A model generated the notes under the pieces. The model had not been told where the DNA came from and searched no databases. It worked only from the letters and a program-made list of their open reading frames with translations. From NCBI GenBank assembly GCA_043808785.1, contig JAZDEL010000008.1, forward strand, positions 31,284 to 63,283: a stretch of 32,000 nucleotides of DNA, written 5' to 3'. Position numbers and translations under genes: made by a program. This stretch comes from Candidatus Iainarchaeum sp. Its GTDB lineage: Archaea; Iainarchaeota; Iainarchaeia; Iainarchaeales; JAZDEL01. Positions 20,542 to 29,479 of this stretch are shown here, one piece after another (the stretch's first letter is position 1; each line of letters opens with the position of its first letter).

Positions 20542-22804
20542 GGCTGCCTGCACGCGGCGTGCGGGCAGGGGCGTGGCAATATCCGTCGATGCCCTGCTTG
20601 CGGTAATATTGATAGCCACGCTCGCCACTTTCGGGAAGTTCGCGCTCTACCAGGAGGCTGCGCCCAATAACCTTGTAAAGATGCAGACAATGCAGCGCAC
20701 GGACGACGTGTTCACTACAATGGTAAACTCGGGTTACATGATGGATGTCATGGACGACAACGGCTTCAACTCGGCTTCCGTGCAGGCGATTTACGCAAAG
20801 ATGAACGCCATGACGCCGAGCAGCCTCGGGCTCAGGATTGCGATGAGGAAGTACGACATAAATTTCATGCAGTGCAGGGAATCCAAGACATTCGAGGCGT
20901 GCTTCCCCGATGAAAGCATGAGCGAGATAATTGAGGGTGGCACTGTGCCGCCAGATACCGAGGTGCTGCACGGCAGGAAGGTGTTTGTAAAGCAGGAAAA
21001 GCCCGGGGAGTGCGGAGGCGATTATAACGGGGGGTATGCGCAGGGCGGAATCGCGGATGCGCTTTGGAACGGCATCCTGATGTTCGCTGCCTACGGAAAC
21101 GCGGACATTAACTTCAGCATAGATGTCAGCCCCGAGAGTGAGCTCAATTGCGATGAAGAGGCGGATGTGTCGCTTGGAATAAGCGTGGGCATCGGCGGCA
21201 GGGACCCTGTCGATGTTGCGCTTGTTATGGACCGCTCGGGGAGCATGGATGATTACACTATGTTTGACAGGAACGTGCTTACGGGGCAGTTTGACGACGG
21301 CAACAAAACCTGCAACTGCGCAAGCTGGATGTGCAGCCTGTGCGGCAACAGCTGGTGCTCGTGGTGCTATACTTACGGGAACTGGCAGACGCTCGGCACT
21401 TTCACAATAGACAGCAACCAGGACACGAATGTGACGATGAGGTATGCGGGATACAGCGGGGGCAGCAAGCCGAAGCTGAGGATTGTGAGCCCCGGTGGAA
21501 CTACTTACGGCGGGACCGCGGCTTCTGTAGCGGCCAGTTATCCTGTACAGCTAGGCACCTGGACCGCGCAGGGATGGAGCGACGACTGGATAGATTACAA
21601 TGTGAGCGTATATTACAGGAAGATCGATGTCTCAAAGGACGGGGCGCAGTATTTTGTGGGGCTTGCGGACTGGGAGGAACAGGACCAGCTTGCGCTGGTT
21701 TCCTACAACCAGAGCGCAACGCTGAACCAGGCGCTGACTACGGACAAGAACAAGGTGTGGGTTGCGATAAACGGGCTGAGCGCCGGCGGCAATACCGCGA
21801 CAGGGGACGCGATTTACAAGGCGACGGACGAACTCATGGGCGGCACGAACCAGAATTCGGATGCGATGAAATTCCAGGTCTTGCTGAGCGACGGGCAGAC
21901 GAATACCGGCAGTTCATCCTCGGCTGCGGCGCAGGACGCAAAAAACAAGGGCATAATAATTTACACAATAGGCCTTGGCGAGGATGTCGATGCGAACGAA
22001 CTGCAGGCGATTGCGGACATAACCGGCGGGCAGTACTATTATGCAAACGACCAGAACGCGCTTCAGGAACTGTATGAAATTATTGCGGGGAATATAGGGG
22101 ACGACGCTTCGGGGGGATATGCAATGACCAATGTCATTGTTAAGATTCCCGTGCCCCCGGGCACAACCATAACCGACACGGGGAACGGCGAATTCCAGGA
22201 GGGGGATGAAAACTTCCTCGTGTTCAATGTCGGGGACATGGAGTACAGTTCGGAGTGGCAGGGGAATTATTCCCTTGTTTATCCCTGCTCGGAAGAGCCG
22301 AGCTGCTCGGCTTCCGAAAAGGTTTTTCCAGAAGAGGGGGCGTACGTGAGTTACATAGACGTGAACGGTATCCCGCAGAATATCGACTGGGATGTCAATG
22401 TTACCCTGGATTTCCTCTACCGCGACCTTGCAATAGAGATAATCGGCGGCGAAATCACGGGCGAGAACGAGGTTTACCTCGATGTGAATGCGAAGAACCC
22501 GGGTTACCTTGACACAGTGGCCACGGACATAAAGTTCTACCTCAACGGCACCGGAGGGGACGGGGGCGAGTACATTACAAGCAGGAATGTTTCGGCAATG
22601 TGCGGCGGGTTAAGTGAAGGGTGCGATAACAGCAGCGAAGAGTTCTACGATATTTTCATAAACAAGGAGGGTTATATTTATGCGGTGATAAATGAGGATT
22701 CGGAGAACGAGGAATGCCCGAACAGGAATGTGGATTCGATAAATTGCTACGAGGGCGCTAAGACGCAGTATTTCACCCTCGATTACTGGGTGTGGCTTAA
22801 ATGA
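20504..22804 (+). CDS. large pilin-like protein with vWA domain (intact MIDAS) and C-terminal beta-rich, CARDB-like region
   Basis: N-terminus RRAGRG|VAISVDALLAVILIATLATF. MIDAS DRSGS at 21230-21244, then GGNTATGDAI, LLSDGQTN and IYTIGLGEDVDANELQAIADITGGQYYYA. An alternative ATG lies at 20510. Overlaps the previous gene by about 35 nt and the next gene by ATGA. Confidence 0.8.
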   Translation: MQMRRLPFTGKSRAACTRRAGRGVAISVDALLAVILIATLATFGKFALYQEAAPNNLVKMQTMQRTDDVFTTMVNSGYMMDVMDDNGFNSASVQAIYAKMNAMTPSSLGLRIAMRKYDINFMQCRESKTFEACFPDESMSEIIEGGTVPPDTEVLHGRKVFVKQEKPGECGGDYNGGYAQGGIADALWNGILMFAAYGNADINFSIDVSPESELNCDEEADVSLGISVGIGGRDPVDVALVMDRSGSMDDYTMFDRNVLTGQFDDGNKTCNCASWMCSLCGNSWCSWCYTYGNWQTLGTFTIDSNQDTNVTMRYAGYSGGSKPKLRIVSPGGTTYGGTAASVAASYPVQLGTWTAQGWSDDWIDYNVSVYYRKIDVSKDGAQYFVGLADWEEQDQLALVSYNQSATLNQALTTDKNKVWVAINGLSAGGNTATGDAIYKATDELMGGTNQNSDAMKFQVLLSDGQTNTGSSSSAAAQDAKNKGIIIYTIGLGEDVDANELQAIADITGGQYYYANDQNALQELYEIIAGNIGDDASGGYAMTNVIVKIPVPPGTTITDTGNGEFQEGDENFLVFNVGDMEYSSEWQGNYSLVYPCSEEPSCSASEKVFPEEGAYVSYIDVNGIPQNIDWDVNVTLDFLYRDLAIEIIGGEITGENEVYLDVNAKNPGYLDTVATDIKFYLNGTGGDGGEYITSRNVSAMCGGLSEGCDNSSEEFYDIFINKEGYIYAVINEDSENEECPNRNVDSINCYEGAKTQYFTLDYWVWLK

Positions 22805-24999
22805 ACAAAACGAAAAATCAGGCATGCCGCAGGGGCTACACGCTGTCCCTCGATGCAATGCTTGCTCTGCTCCTCGTGATTGCATTCATAGGTTTCAGCA
22901 GGGTTGTGCCTTTCGAGGCCGGCACCACAAGCAACCTGCCGAAGATGCAATCCGTGCAGAGGGCGGACGATGTTTTCACTACGATGATAAACAGCGGATA
23001 TATGTGGCAGAAAATAGACGAGGTCGGGCTGAATAACGAGGCGGCGGAAAACATATACGCCAAGATGAGGGGCATGCTGCCTGACAGTGTCGATTTCAGG
23101 ATTGTGATAAGGAAGTACCAGGTGAATTTCGACCAGTGCAGGCTTGGCAAGACATTTGAGGCGTGCTTCCCGAGCGATGGCTTGTCGGAAAGGATTGCGG
23201 GCAAGGTGCCGCCCGTAAGGAGCGAGGTTGTGCACGGCAGGGGCGTATTTGTGAAGAAGGAGCCTGTCGGGATGTGCACTGTGGAGGGCGGGCTTGCGCC
23301 AAAGGAAGGCGGGGTTTCGGAGAAAAAATCCACTGCATGGCTTGAAGGGGAAATGATGGGGCTTGAGATGACAACAAGCGTAGACCCTCCAGCCCCGCCG
23401 TGCCCCCCGAATTCGCTTTTGTGCGACGGCACTGCTACAACACACCTTGGTCTAAATGCGATAGCCGGGGAGGGAAGGGCGCCGGGGCATGTGCTGTTTG
23501 GGATTGACATGGGCAACCCTATGGGCAAGAGGTACGTGACCCAGAGCGGCTTCAACCTTGTCGGCCCCTGCAGCAAGCTAGGGACAACCATGGGGACGTT
23601 CCAGAACACAACAGATTACTCTTTCACGCTTAAATTAAGCGACTGCTTGGGGGCCAAAATTACAGCCATCAGCCCTACTCTCGCGGAATACGGGCCGGGT
23701 GACTATGTCGATGTTTACCGCCCGACAGCGCTTGGCACCTGGACTGTTCAATGCAGCAATAAAGATGCATTGTCGTGCAATGTCATTATGACGCGCACAA
23801 ATTTAGAGGCGGGGCAGATGTTTCTTGAAGGCGTAGTGGCTACAACCGATTGGAAACTCGAGGGCGCTGAAGGCCCCGACGAGGATGCGTTCACGACATT
23901 TCAGGACACCACATCAACGCTTCTCGTGCCGTTAACAACTGACGAGGATTCGGTACTGCCTGCAATAGACGGCCTGCTAATCTCCCAGCTTGGCAGCAAT
24001 GCGGATGTTGCTGCAGCGGTAATTGCGGCAACCGATATACTAAAAACAACCCCTGAAGGGGAGGTAAGGATATTTATTCCTGTCACAAACATCCACACAG
24101 GGGGGAGCATAGCCGATGCCGCGAACTATGCCAAGGCAAACGGCGTGGTGGTTTACCCTGTTGGTGCCGGGTATAATTCGGATATGGTTGCACTAAACGA
24201 ATTAGCATTAATTACAGGGGGAGAGGCGTGGCTTCTGACCGAAACTGACGCACTAATAGATTATTATACACTCATGGCCCAGAAACTGAAGGAGAGCATG
24301 ATAAACGGCAACCGCATAGACAATGCGCAGCTCAGGATTCCTGTTCCCGCGGGGCAGCTGGTTACCGAACACCTTGGCGGGGAGATAATACCGGAGGGCG
24401 AGGAAGAGTTCCTTGTTTACGACCTTGGAACGCTTGATGTCGGCGAGGGGTGGAGCACGGATTATTCCGTAGTGTTCCAGTGCAATGACGACCACGCATG
24501 CCAGAGCGGGAACACGCGGACTTTCCCGCAGCCTGTAACGGAAATAACCTACATGGATATAGATGGCTTGTTCGGCTCTGTGCCCTGGGACCCGCTTGTG
24601 GAGGTGCCTTTCAAATACCGCGACCAGGAGGTTAAAATAATGGGCGGCAGGATTGTGGGGGAGAACCAGGTTTACCTTGATGTGAATGTTGCGAATGTCG
24701 GGCATCTTGATACGGTGGATACGTCGCTCAGGTTTTACAAGGACAGCACAGGCGATGACGGCACGTACCTTACCGCAAGGGGCGTAAGCGCGATGTGCGG
24801 CGGGCTCGAGGCGGGGTGCGGGGACAATGAGGCGTTGTATTACGATGTTCCGCTGGCAGCGGAGGGCTATCTTTACGCGATTGTGAACAAGCTCGGGGAA
24901 AATTCCGAGTGCCCCACAAACAGCCAGGATGTCATACTGTGCCAGCTAGGGGCGAAGACAGAGTATTACACTATCGATTATTATGTGTGGCCGAAATGA
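22801..24999 (+). CDS. large pilin-like protein, paralog of the preceding gene, with a degenerate (MIDAS-less) vWA-like domain
   Basis: N-terminus ACRRG|YTLSLDAMLALLLVIAFIGF. Alignable by eye to the upstream paralog in the N-domain (MQSVQRADDVFTTMINSGYM vs MQTMQRTDDVFTTMVNSGYM; KTFEACFP in both) and in the C-terminal ~220 aa (ENQVYLDVNVANVGHLDTV vs ENEVYLDVNAKNPGYLDTV; SAMCGGL in both). The MIDAS position reads DMGNP (23506-23520). Confidence 0.8.
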   Translation: MNKTKNQACRRGYTLSLDAMLALLLVIAFIGFSRVVPFEAGTTSNLPKMQSVQRADDVFTTMINSGYMWQKIDEVGLNNEAAENIYAKMRGMLPDSVDFRIVIRKYQVNFDQCRLGKTFEACFPSDGLSERIAGKVPPVRSEVVHGRGVFVKKEPVGMCTVEGGLAPKEGGVSEKKSTAWLEGEMMGLEMTTSVDPPAPPCPPNSLLCDGTATTHLGLNAIAGEGRAPGHVLFGIDMGNPMGKRYVTQSGFNLVGPCSKLGTTMGTFQNTTDYSFTLKLSDCLGAKITAISPTLAEYGPGDYVDVYRPTALGTWTVQCSNKDALSCNVIMTRTNLEAGQMFLEGVVATTDWKLEGAEGPDEDAFTTFQDTTSTLLVPLTTDEDSVLPAIDGLLISQLGSNADVAAAVIAATDILKTTPEGEVRIFIPVTNIHTGGSIADAANYAKANGVVVYPVGAGYNSDMVALNELALITGGEAWLLTETDALIDYYTLMAQKLKESMINGNRIDNAQLRIPVPAGQLVTEHLGGEIIPEGEEEFLVYDLGTLDVGEGWSTDYSVVFQCNDDHACQSGNTRTFPQPVTEITYMDIDGLFGSVPWDPLVEVPFKYRDQEVKIMGGRIVGENQVYLDVNVANVGHLDTVDTSLRFYKDSTGDDGTYLTARGVSAMCGGLEAGCGDNEALYYDVPLAAEGYLYAIVNKLGENSECPTNSQDVILCQLGAKTEYYTIDYYVWPK

Positions 25000-25023
25000 G
25001 CCATTTGAAGGGGGAATAAGTGA

Positions 25024-26052
25024 ATGAAAAATTGCCTTGTGCGGAAAGGGATGGGCGAGAGGGGCGTGCTTTTCACATTCATGGTTTTCATGATTGTGAT
25101 GATAGTGCTCGGCCTCGGCACGACTATAAAGGGCGGCAGGCTGAAGTTCGAGTCGGATGTCACCAAAACCTCGGCACTGGAGGGCACGAGCAACAAATTC
25201 GGCAACATAATGAACGATGTCGTAAATTTCGACAAAAACAACCTTGCGAGGAACATACAGAAGAGAATTATGCCGTTCGATTATGAGTATGACGGAAACG
25301 CCATCCGGGTAGGGCAGGAACTGCCGATGAAGGTCGGGATGCTCGACCTTTCGTTCGACATACTGAACGCGTACGATATCTTCATTTCGGACACGAACTC
25401 GCAGACTACATACGACCTGATGCATGTCGACGTGAATGCGGCAAAAAACAAATATTGGGGCGGCGACAGGAACAGCATACAATTCATGATAAAGCCGCAG
25501 TGCCTGAAGTTTGTTGTTGTCGACGAGAACGTTACGGGCTTCTTCGGCGGGATTGCGGACGAGGGCTGCGCATCGGGCTTCTCAGTCCAGAGCCTAAGGA
25601 GGTATGACCTCAATATCCTGATAAAACAGGCCAACCAGGCATATAACAATATTGTGTGCAATTTTGCAGGGTCCCCCCCCGAGGAATGCCCCACGGAAAT
25701 TTTCAGTTCTGGCGACAATGACCCTTACTTCGAGATGTTTGTTGACGACAGTTTGTGCACAAACTGCCAGCTCGGGGGGCAGACAAAGCACATATACGGG
25801 CATTACGACCCGGCATCCAACAATACTGTGGGTGTTTCGTGCGCAGGGGGGCCGGAAATATGCGGCGTCACGATAAACCCCATACTTGTGACTGTCAACA
25901 GCGGCATGAAGGCGGAGAACAAGGGCGGCGCTTTGGACGTAAACATGAGGGCGGAACTCGGGGGAAATATAATGCGGTTTTATTTCATGGACTTTAATTT
26001 TGCGGTAAGCCGCCCGGATTTCAACACCATGATGACGAATGTCGGGCAGTGA
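25024..26052 (+). CDS. Cys-rich pilin-like / membrane-anchored protein, hypothetical
   Basis: MKNCLVRKGMGERG|VLFTFMVFMIVMIVLGLG, then about 310 aa with 8 Cys in the predicted extracellular part. Confidence 0.6.
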   Translation: MKNCLVRKGMGERGVLFTFMVFMIVMIVLGLGTTIKGGRLKFESDVTKTSALEGTSNKFGNIMNDVVNFDKNNLARNIQKRIMPFDYEYDGNAIRVGQELPMKVGMLDLSFDILNAYDIFISDTNSQTTYDLMHVDVNAAKNKYWGGDRNSIQFMIKPQCLKFVVVDENVTGFFGGIADEGCASGFSVQSLRRYDLNILIKQANQAYNNIVCNFAGSPPEECPTEIFSSGDNDPYFEMFVDDSLCTNCQLGGQTKHIYGHYDPASNNTVGVSCAGGPEICGVTINPILVTVNSGMKAENKGGALDVNMRAELGGNIMRFYFMDFNFAVSRPDFNTMMTNVGQ

Positions 26053-26185
26053 TGCCGGGCAAATTGCGGGAAAAAATAAGCGGGCGCGGGAAACGCGGAA
26101 ATAAGAACCAATAAAAAGCGGAACGGGTATATTTTATTGAAAACAAAATCTTGGCATCGGATGGAAAAAGGAACGGGTCGGAAAT

Positions 26186-27943
26186 ATGGCTGAAGGCACT
26201 GGAAAGGAAGGCATCGGCGAGGCGATACTGAATTTCTTCAGGTCGCTCAGGAGGACGAAGATTCGCGGGAAAAAACAGCAGGATGCCGAGGCGCCGGGGG
26301 GCGAACTTGCCGAAGAAATTGCACCCGAAGAAAAAAAGGCGGGGAGGGGGAAGGCTGCGCCTGGAAAGGCTGCGGGGGGCTGGGAAGAGCGGGGGGAAAC
26401 CGCCGAAAAAACAGCCGGCAGCGGAGAGGCAAAAGCGCGGGAAGGCGAAACCGCGGGAATGGGGCCTGAAGAAAAGAAAATGCTCGAGAAGGAACTCAGT
26501 GAGTGGAGGTCAAAAGTAGATGCGCTTACAAAAAAGGTGGAGAACCTTGAGGAAAGGCTCAAGTCAAACACAATATCCCCCAACCAGGCGGTAAGCGGGA
26601 TTCAGGTTGTTTACGGGGAAGTGGACAGGGAGGAGAACTCGATAAACAGGGAGATGCGCGCAACAAAGGCGGTGATGAAGGGCACTGTTTTCGATTATTA
26701 CAAGAGGCGCATGACGCTGGACGAGTTCAGGAAGAGGATGCTCGAGTACAGGGGCAGGCTGCGCGTGCTGCAGGTCGAGAAAGCGGAATTGAAGAAGGAG
26801 GGCTCGAAGATAAGGGAAATGGGCGGGACTGTAAAGCAGTTCGCGCTGCAGATGCCTGCAAACGCAACAGTTGTGCCGGGCGGGAGTGCGGAGATGGACG
26901 CGGTATTCGGAAAAGGCGGCGGGGGCGGGAAAGGTAAAATTATAGGCGTGATTGGGGGCGGGGGCGGTGAGCAATCAGGAGGCGGGGCGGCGCCCGGGGG
27001 GAGCGGCAATTCCGCAGGCGGCGGGATAGGCGGCGCTGTTGAGGGCGTTGTTTCCGGAGTTGTGGGGGCAGGGTATGCAGCAGCATCCGCACTTAAGGGC
27101 GGGAAAAAAAGCGATGCGGGTTCGCGCGCGGCGCTGGCTGGTGCGGAACGCGCCGAGAGGGAGGCAAGGGCTTCCGCTGGAAAAGCCGTGGCGGGAAAAG
27201 GTGCAAAGGGGCCGAAAGGCGCAAGGGCATTTGCGGTAAACGTCTCGGGCAGGGATGAAGGGGGGGCGGGAAAGGCTGCCAAGCCGGCGCTCCCGAGGAT
27301 GCCGAATGGGAAGGGGGAGCGGGAAGGTGCGGATGCAGGAGGGGGGGAAGAAGTGGATAAGGATGCCCTTGAGGAAAGGTGGGGGGGCGCGGCAGGGGTG
27401 AAGGAAATACTTGAGGCAAAGGCGGGGGGAAAAATCGACAGCGAAAGGCTTGCGGAACTGGAGAAAAAAATAAACGCCCTGCTCAAGGCGCACAAAATTT
27501 CCGAAAGCGACCTCGGGGAAAAGGCCGGGGAGATGGACACCTCGAAAGTCATAGAGAGTTTCAACAAGCTTATAGATTTGGTGGAACTTGAGAAGAGGGC
27601 AAAAAGGGCGGGCGTGCTGCAGGAGCCGACAAACACCCTGGAGGTTTCCGCTGTCGGGCTGGGCTCGCCAAAAAAGGTGGAGGCACTTAAGGGGATTGCG
27701 ATAGACCTGAAGAAGCACCGCATAGTGACGGATTTCGACCGCGTGCTCTCGCTCATAAAGGAAAAAAAGAAGATGGGGCTTATTGAGGTCGCGGCAACGC
27801 TCGGCATAGACAAGAAATGGGCGGAGGAGTGCTGCGAAATACTCGAACAGAGCGGGCTTGTGGAAATAGTATACCCGCCTTTCGGAAAGGCGGGGGTAAG
27901 GCTTTCGGGATATGTTGAGGAGAAGAAGCCCAAGAAAAAATGA
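26186..27943 (+). CDS. cytoplasmic low-complexity (Gly/Ala/Lys/Glu-rich) coiled-coil protein with C-terminal winged-helix-like domain
   Basis: No hydrophobic segment. Contains a coiled-coil stretch (EKKMLEKELSEWRSKVDALTKKVENLEERLK), a Gly-rich core, and an ordered-looking C-terminal ~70 aa (IVTDFDRVLSLIKEKKKMGLIEVAATLGIDKKWAEECCEILEQSGLVEIVYPPFG). TATA gtatattttatt at about 26125-26139. Strand chosen by operon context; the antisense ORFs are Pro/Ser/Ala low-complexity. Confidence 0.6.
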   Translation: MAEGTGKEGIGEAILNFFRSLRRTKIRGKKQQDAEAPGGELAEEIAPEEKKAGRGKAAPGKAAGGWEERGETAEKTAGSGEAKAREGETAGMGPEEKKMLEKELSEWRSKVDALTKKVENLEERLKSNTISPNQAVSGIQVVYGEVDREENSINREMRATKAVMKGTVFDYYKRRMTLDEFRKRMLEYRGRLRVLQVEKAELKKEGSKIREMGGTVKQFALQMPANATVVPGGSAEMDAVFGKGGGGGKGKIIGVIGGGGGEQSGGGAAPGGSGNSAGGGIGGAVEGVVSGVVGAGYAAASALKGGKKSDAGSRAALAGAERAEREARASAGKAVAGKGAKGPKGARAFAVNVSGRDEGGAGKAAKPALPRMPNGKGEREGADAGGGEEVDKDALEERWGGAAGVKEILEAKAGGKIDSERLAELEKKINALLKAHKISESDLGEKAGEMDTSKVIESFNKLIDLVELEKRAKRAGVLQEPTNTLEVSAVGLGSPKKVEALKGIAIDLKKHRIVTDFDRVLSLIKEKKKMGLIEVAATLGIDKKWAEECCEILEQSGLVEIVYPPFGKAGVRLSGYVEEKKPKKK

Positions 27944-27967
27944 AATTTTCACGGGAAGGTGAGGTGC

Positions 27968-29479
27968 ATGGCGGATAAGCAGATAAAGGAATATGAACTC
28001 GAATCCGAGGGAATGAAGGTAAACATACGGATTGTGGAGATGGAGGGCGAATTCGTAAAGAGCTATTTTGTGGACATACCCGAATTCGGCCCCGGCACGG
28101 AGGCGCTGCTGCAGAACCTGAAGGGCTACCTTGTTACGGACACTAGCATAAAAACGGAGAAGATGTTCGACGCGAAATTCATAGATTCGCTGAGGAAGAT
28201 ATTCAGGGAGCGCGCGGAAATAATACTCTCCAAGGAGCTGCCGCATGCGGACCAGAGGACGAAGGACCTGCTCATAAGCATGCTGCTGCACGAGATGCTC
28301 GGGCTCGGCAAGTTAGAGTTCATGCTTGCCGACGGGAACCTCGAGGAAGTGGTCGTGAACACGGCAGCGGAGCCTGCGTGGGTCTACCACAAGGAGTTCG
28401 GGTGGCTCAAGACGAACATAACGTTCGCGAACGAGGGGCAAACGCAGAACTTCGCAAGCATAATAGCAAGGCGTGTGGGGAAGCAGATAACCGTGCTGAA
28501 CCCGCTGCTTGACGCGCACCTCATAACAGGGGACAGGGCGAATGCGACGCTTTTCCCGATTTCGGGGAAGGGGAACACGATAACGATAAGGCGATTTAGG
28601 CGCGACCCGTGGACTGCCGTGGATTTCATAGCGAACAAAACTGCAACAATTGAACTTATGGCACTTGTGTGGTCCGCAATACAGTATGAAATGAACCTTA
28701 TAGTGAGCGGCGGCACGGCTTCGGGAAAGACCTCGTTCCTGAACGTTTGTATGCCGTTCATACAGCCGAACCACAGGATTGTGAGCATAGAGGACACGCG
28801 CGAAATTTCATTGCCGAGCTTCCTGCACTGGGTGCCAATGACCACAAGGGAGCCTAACCCTGAAGGGCACGGCGGGGTGAGCATGCTTGATTTGCTTGTG
28901 AACTCGCTCAGGATGAGGCCTGACAGGATAATTGTGGGTGAAATAAGGAGGCAGAAGGAGGCGGAGGTGCTTTTCGAGGCGATGCACACCGGGCACAGCA
29001 CTTACACAACAGTACACGCAAACACAGCGGACGAAACAATAAGGAGGATGGCGAACCCGCCAATAGCGATACACCCCACGATGCTTGAGGCAGTGCACCT
29101 CAATGTGGTCATGTTCAGGAACCGCAGGCTGGGGATAAGGCGCATACTGGAACTTGCGGAGTTTATACCTGAAAAGAGGTCCGAGACCGAGGAAAATATA
29201 AAGCCGAACGTGCTTTACAGGTGGAAGCCTGCAAAGGACGTAATAGAGAAGCACGCGGACAGCATAAGGTTCTTCGACGAAATGAGCCTGCACACGGGAA
29301 TGACACGCAGCGAGATAGACAAGGACCTCAAGAGCAAGCAGGGCGTGCTTGAATGGATGATAAATCAGAAGATCCGCTCCATTGAGGACGTCGGGGCGGT
29401 AATGGCAAATTATTATTCAAACGAGGACGAAATACTCGGCTTCGTCAAACAGAAAAAGAAACCGCCGTTTGTGAGATGA
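27968..29479 (+). CDS. type IV pilus/archaellum-family secretion ATPase (FlaI/PilB/TadA-like)
   Basis: Walker A SGGTASGKTSF (around 28709-28732), Asp box RIVSIEDTREI, Walker B PDRIIVGEIR, His box MHTGHSTYTTVHAN. ATG 27968 is preceded by GGTGAGGTG (the track start is GTG 27959). Confidence 0.9.
   Translation: MADKQIKEYELESEGMKVNIRIVEMEGEFVKSYFVDIPEFGPGTEALLQNLKGYLVTDTSIKTEKMFDAKFIDSLRKIFRERAEIILSKELPHADQRTKDLLISMLLHEMLGLGKLEFMLADGNLEEVVVNTAAEPAWVYHKEFGWLKTNITFANEGQTQNFASIIARRVGKQITVLNPLLDAHLITGDRANATLFPISGKGNTITIRRFRRDPWTAVDFIANKTATIELMALVWSAIQYEMNLIVSGGTASGKTSFLNVCMPFIQPNHRIVSIEDTREISLPSFLHWVPMTTREPNPEGHGGVSMLDLLVNSLRMRPDRIIVGEIRRQKEAEVLFEAMHTGHSTYTTVHANTADETIRRMANPPIAIHPTMLEAVHLNVVMFRNRRLGIRRILELAEFIPEKRSETEENIKPNVLYRWKPAKDVIEKHADSIRFFDEMSLHTGMTRSEIDKDLKSKQGVLEWMINQKIRSIEDVGAVMANYYSNEDEILGFVKQKKKPPFVR

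Noticed and set aside
19666-20628. 320-aa minus-strand ORF across the pilin-like genes. Similar long antisense ORFs: 22783..23445(-), 22836..23609(-), 24253..24705(-), 24946..25482(-), 26698..27933(-), 26975..28291(-), 28384..29001(-), 29785..30414(-), 30487..31440(-).
   Set aside because: They lie antisense to genes with clear motifs (class III signal peptides, vWA, Walker boxes, T2SSF). Their translations are low-complexity (Arg/His/Pro/Ser-rich) with no motifs, which is the typical shadow-ORF behaviour of GC-rich coding DNA.
26880-27400. Gly/Ala-rich repetitive-looking DNA, considered as a tandem repeat or CRISPR-like array.
   Set aside because: There is no regular period and no repeat-spacer structure. 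It is compositional low complexity inside one long ORF.
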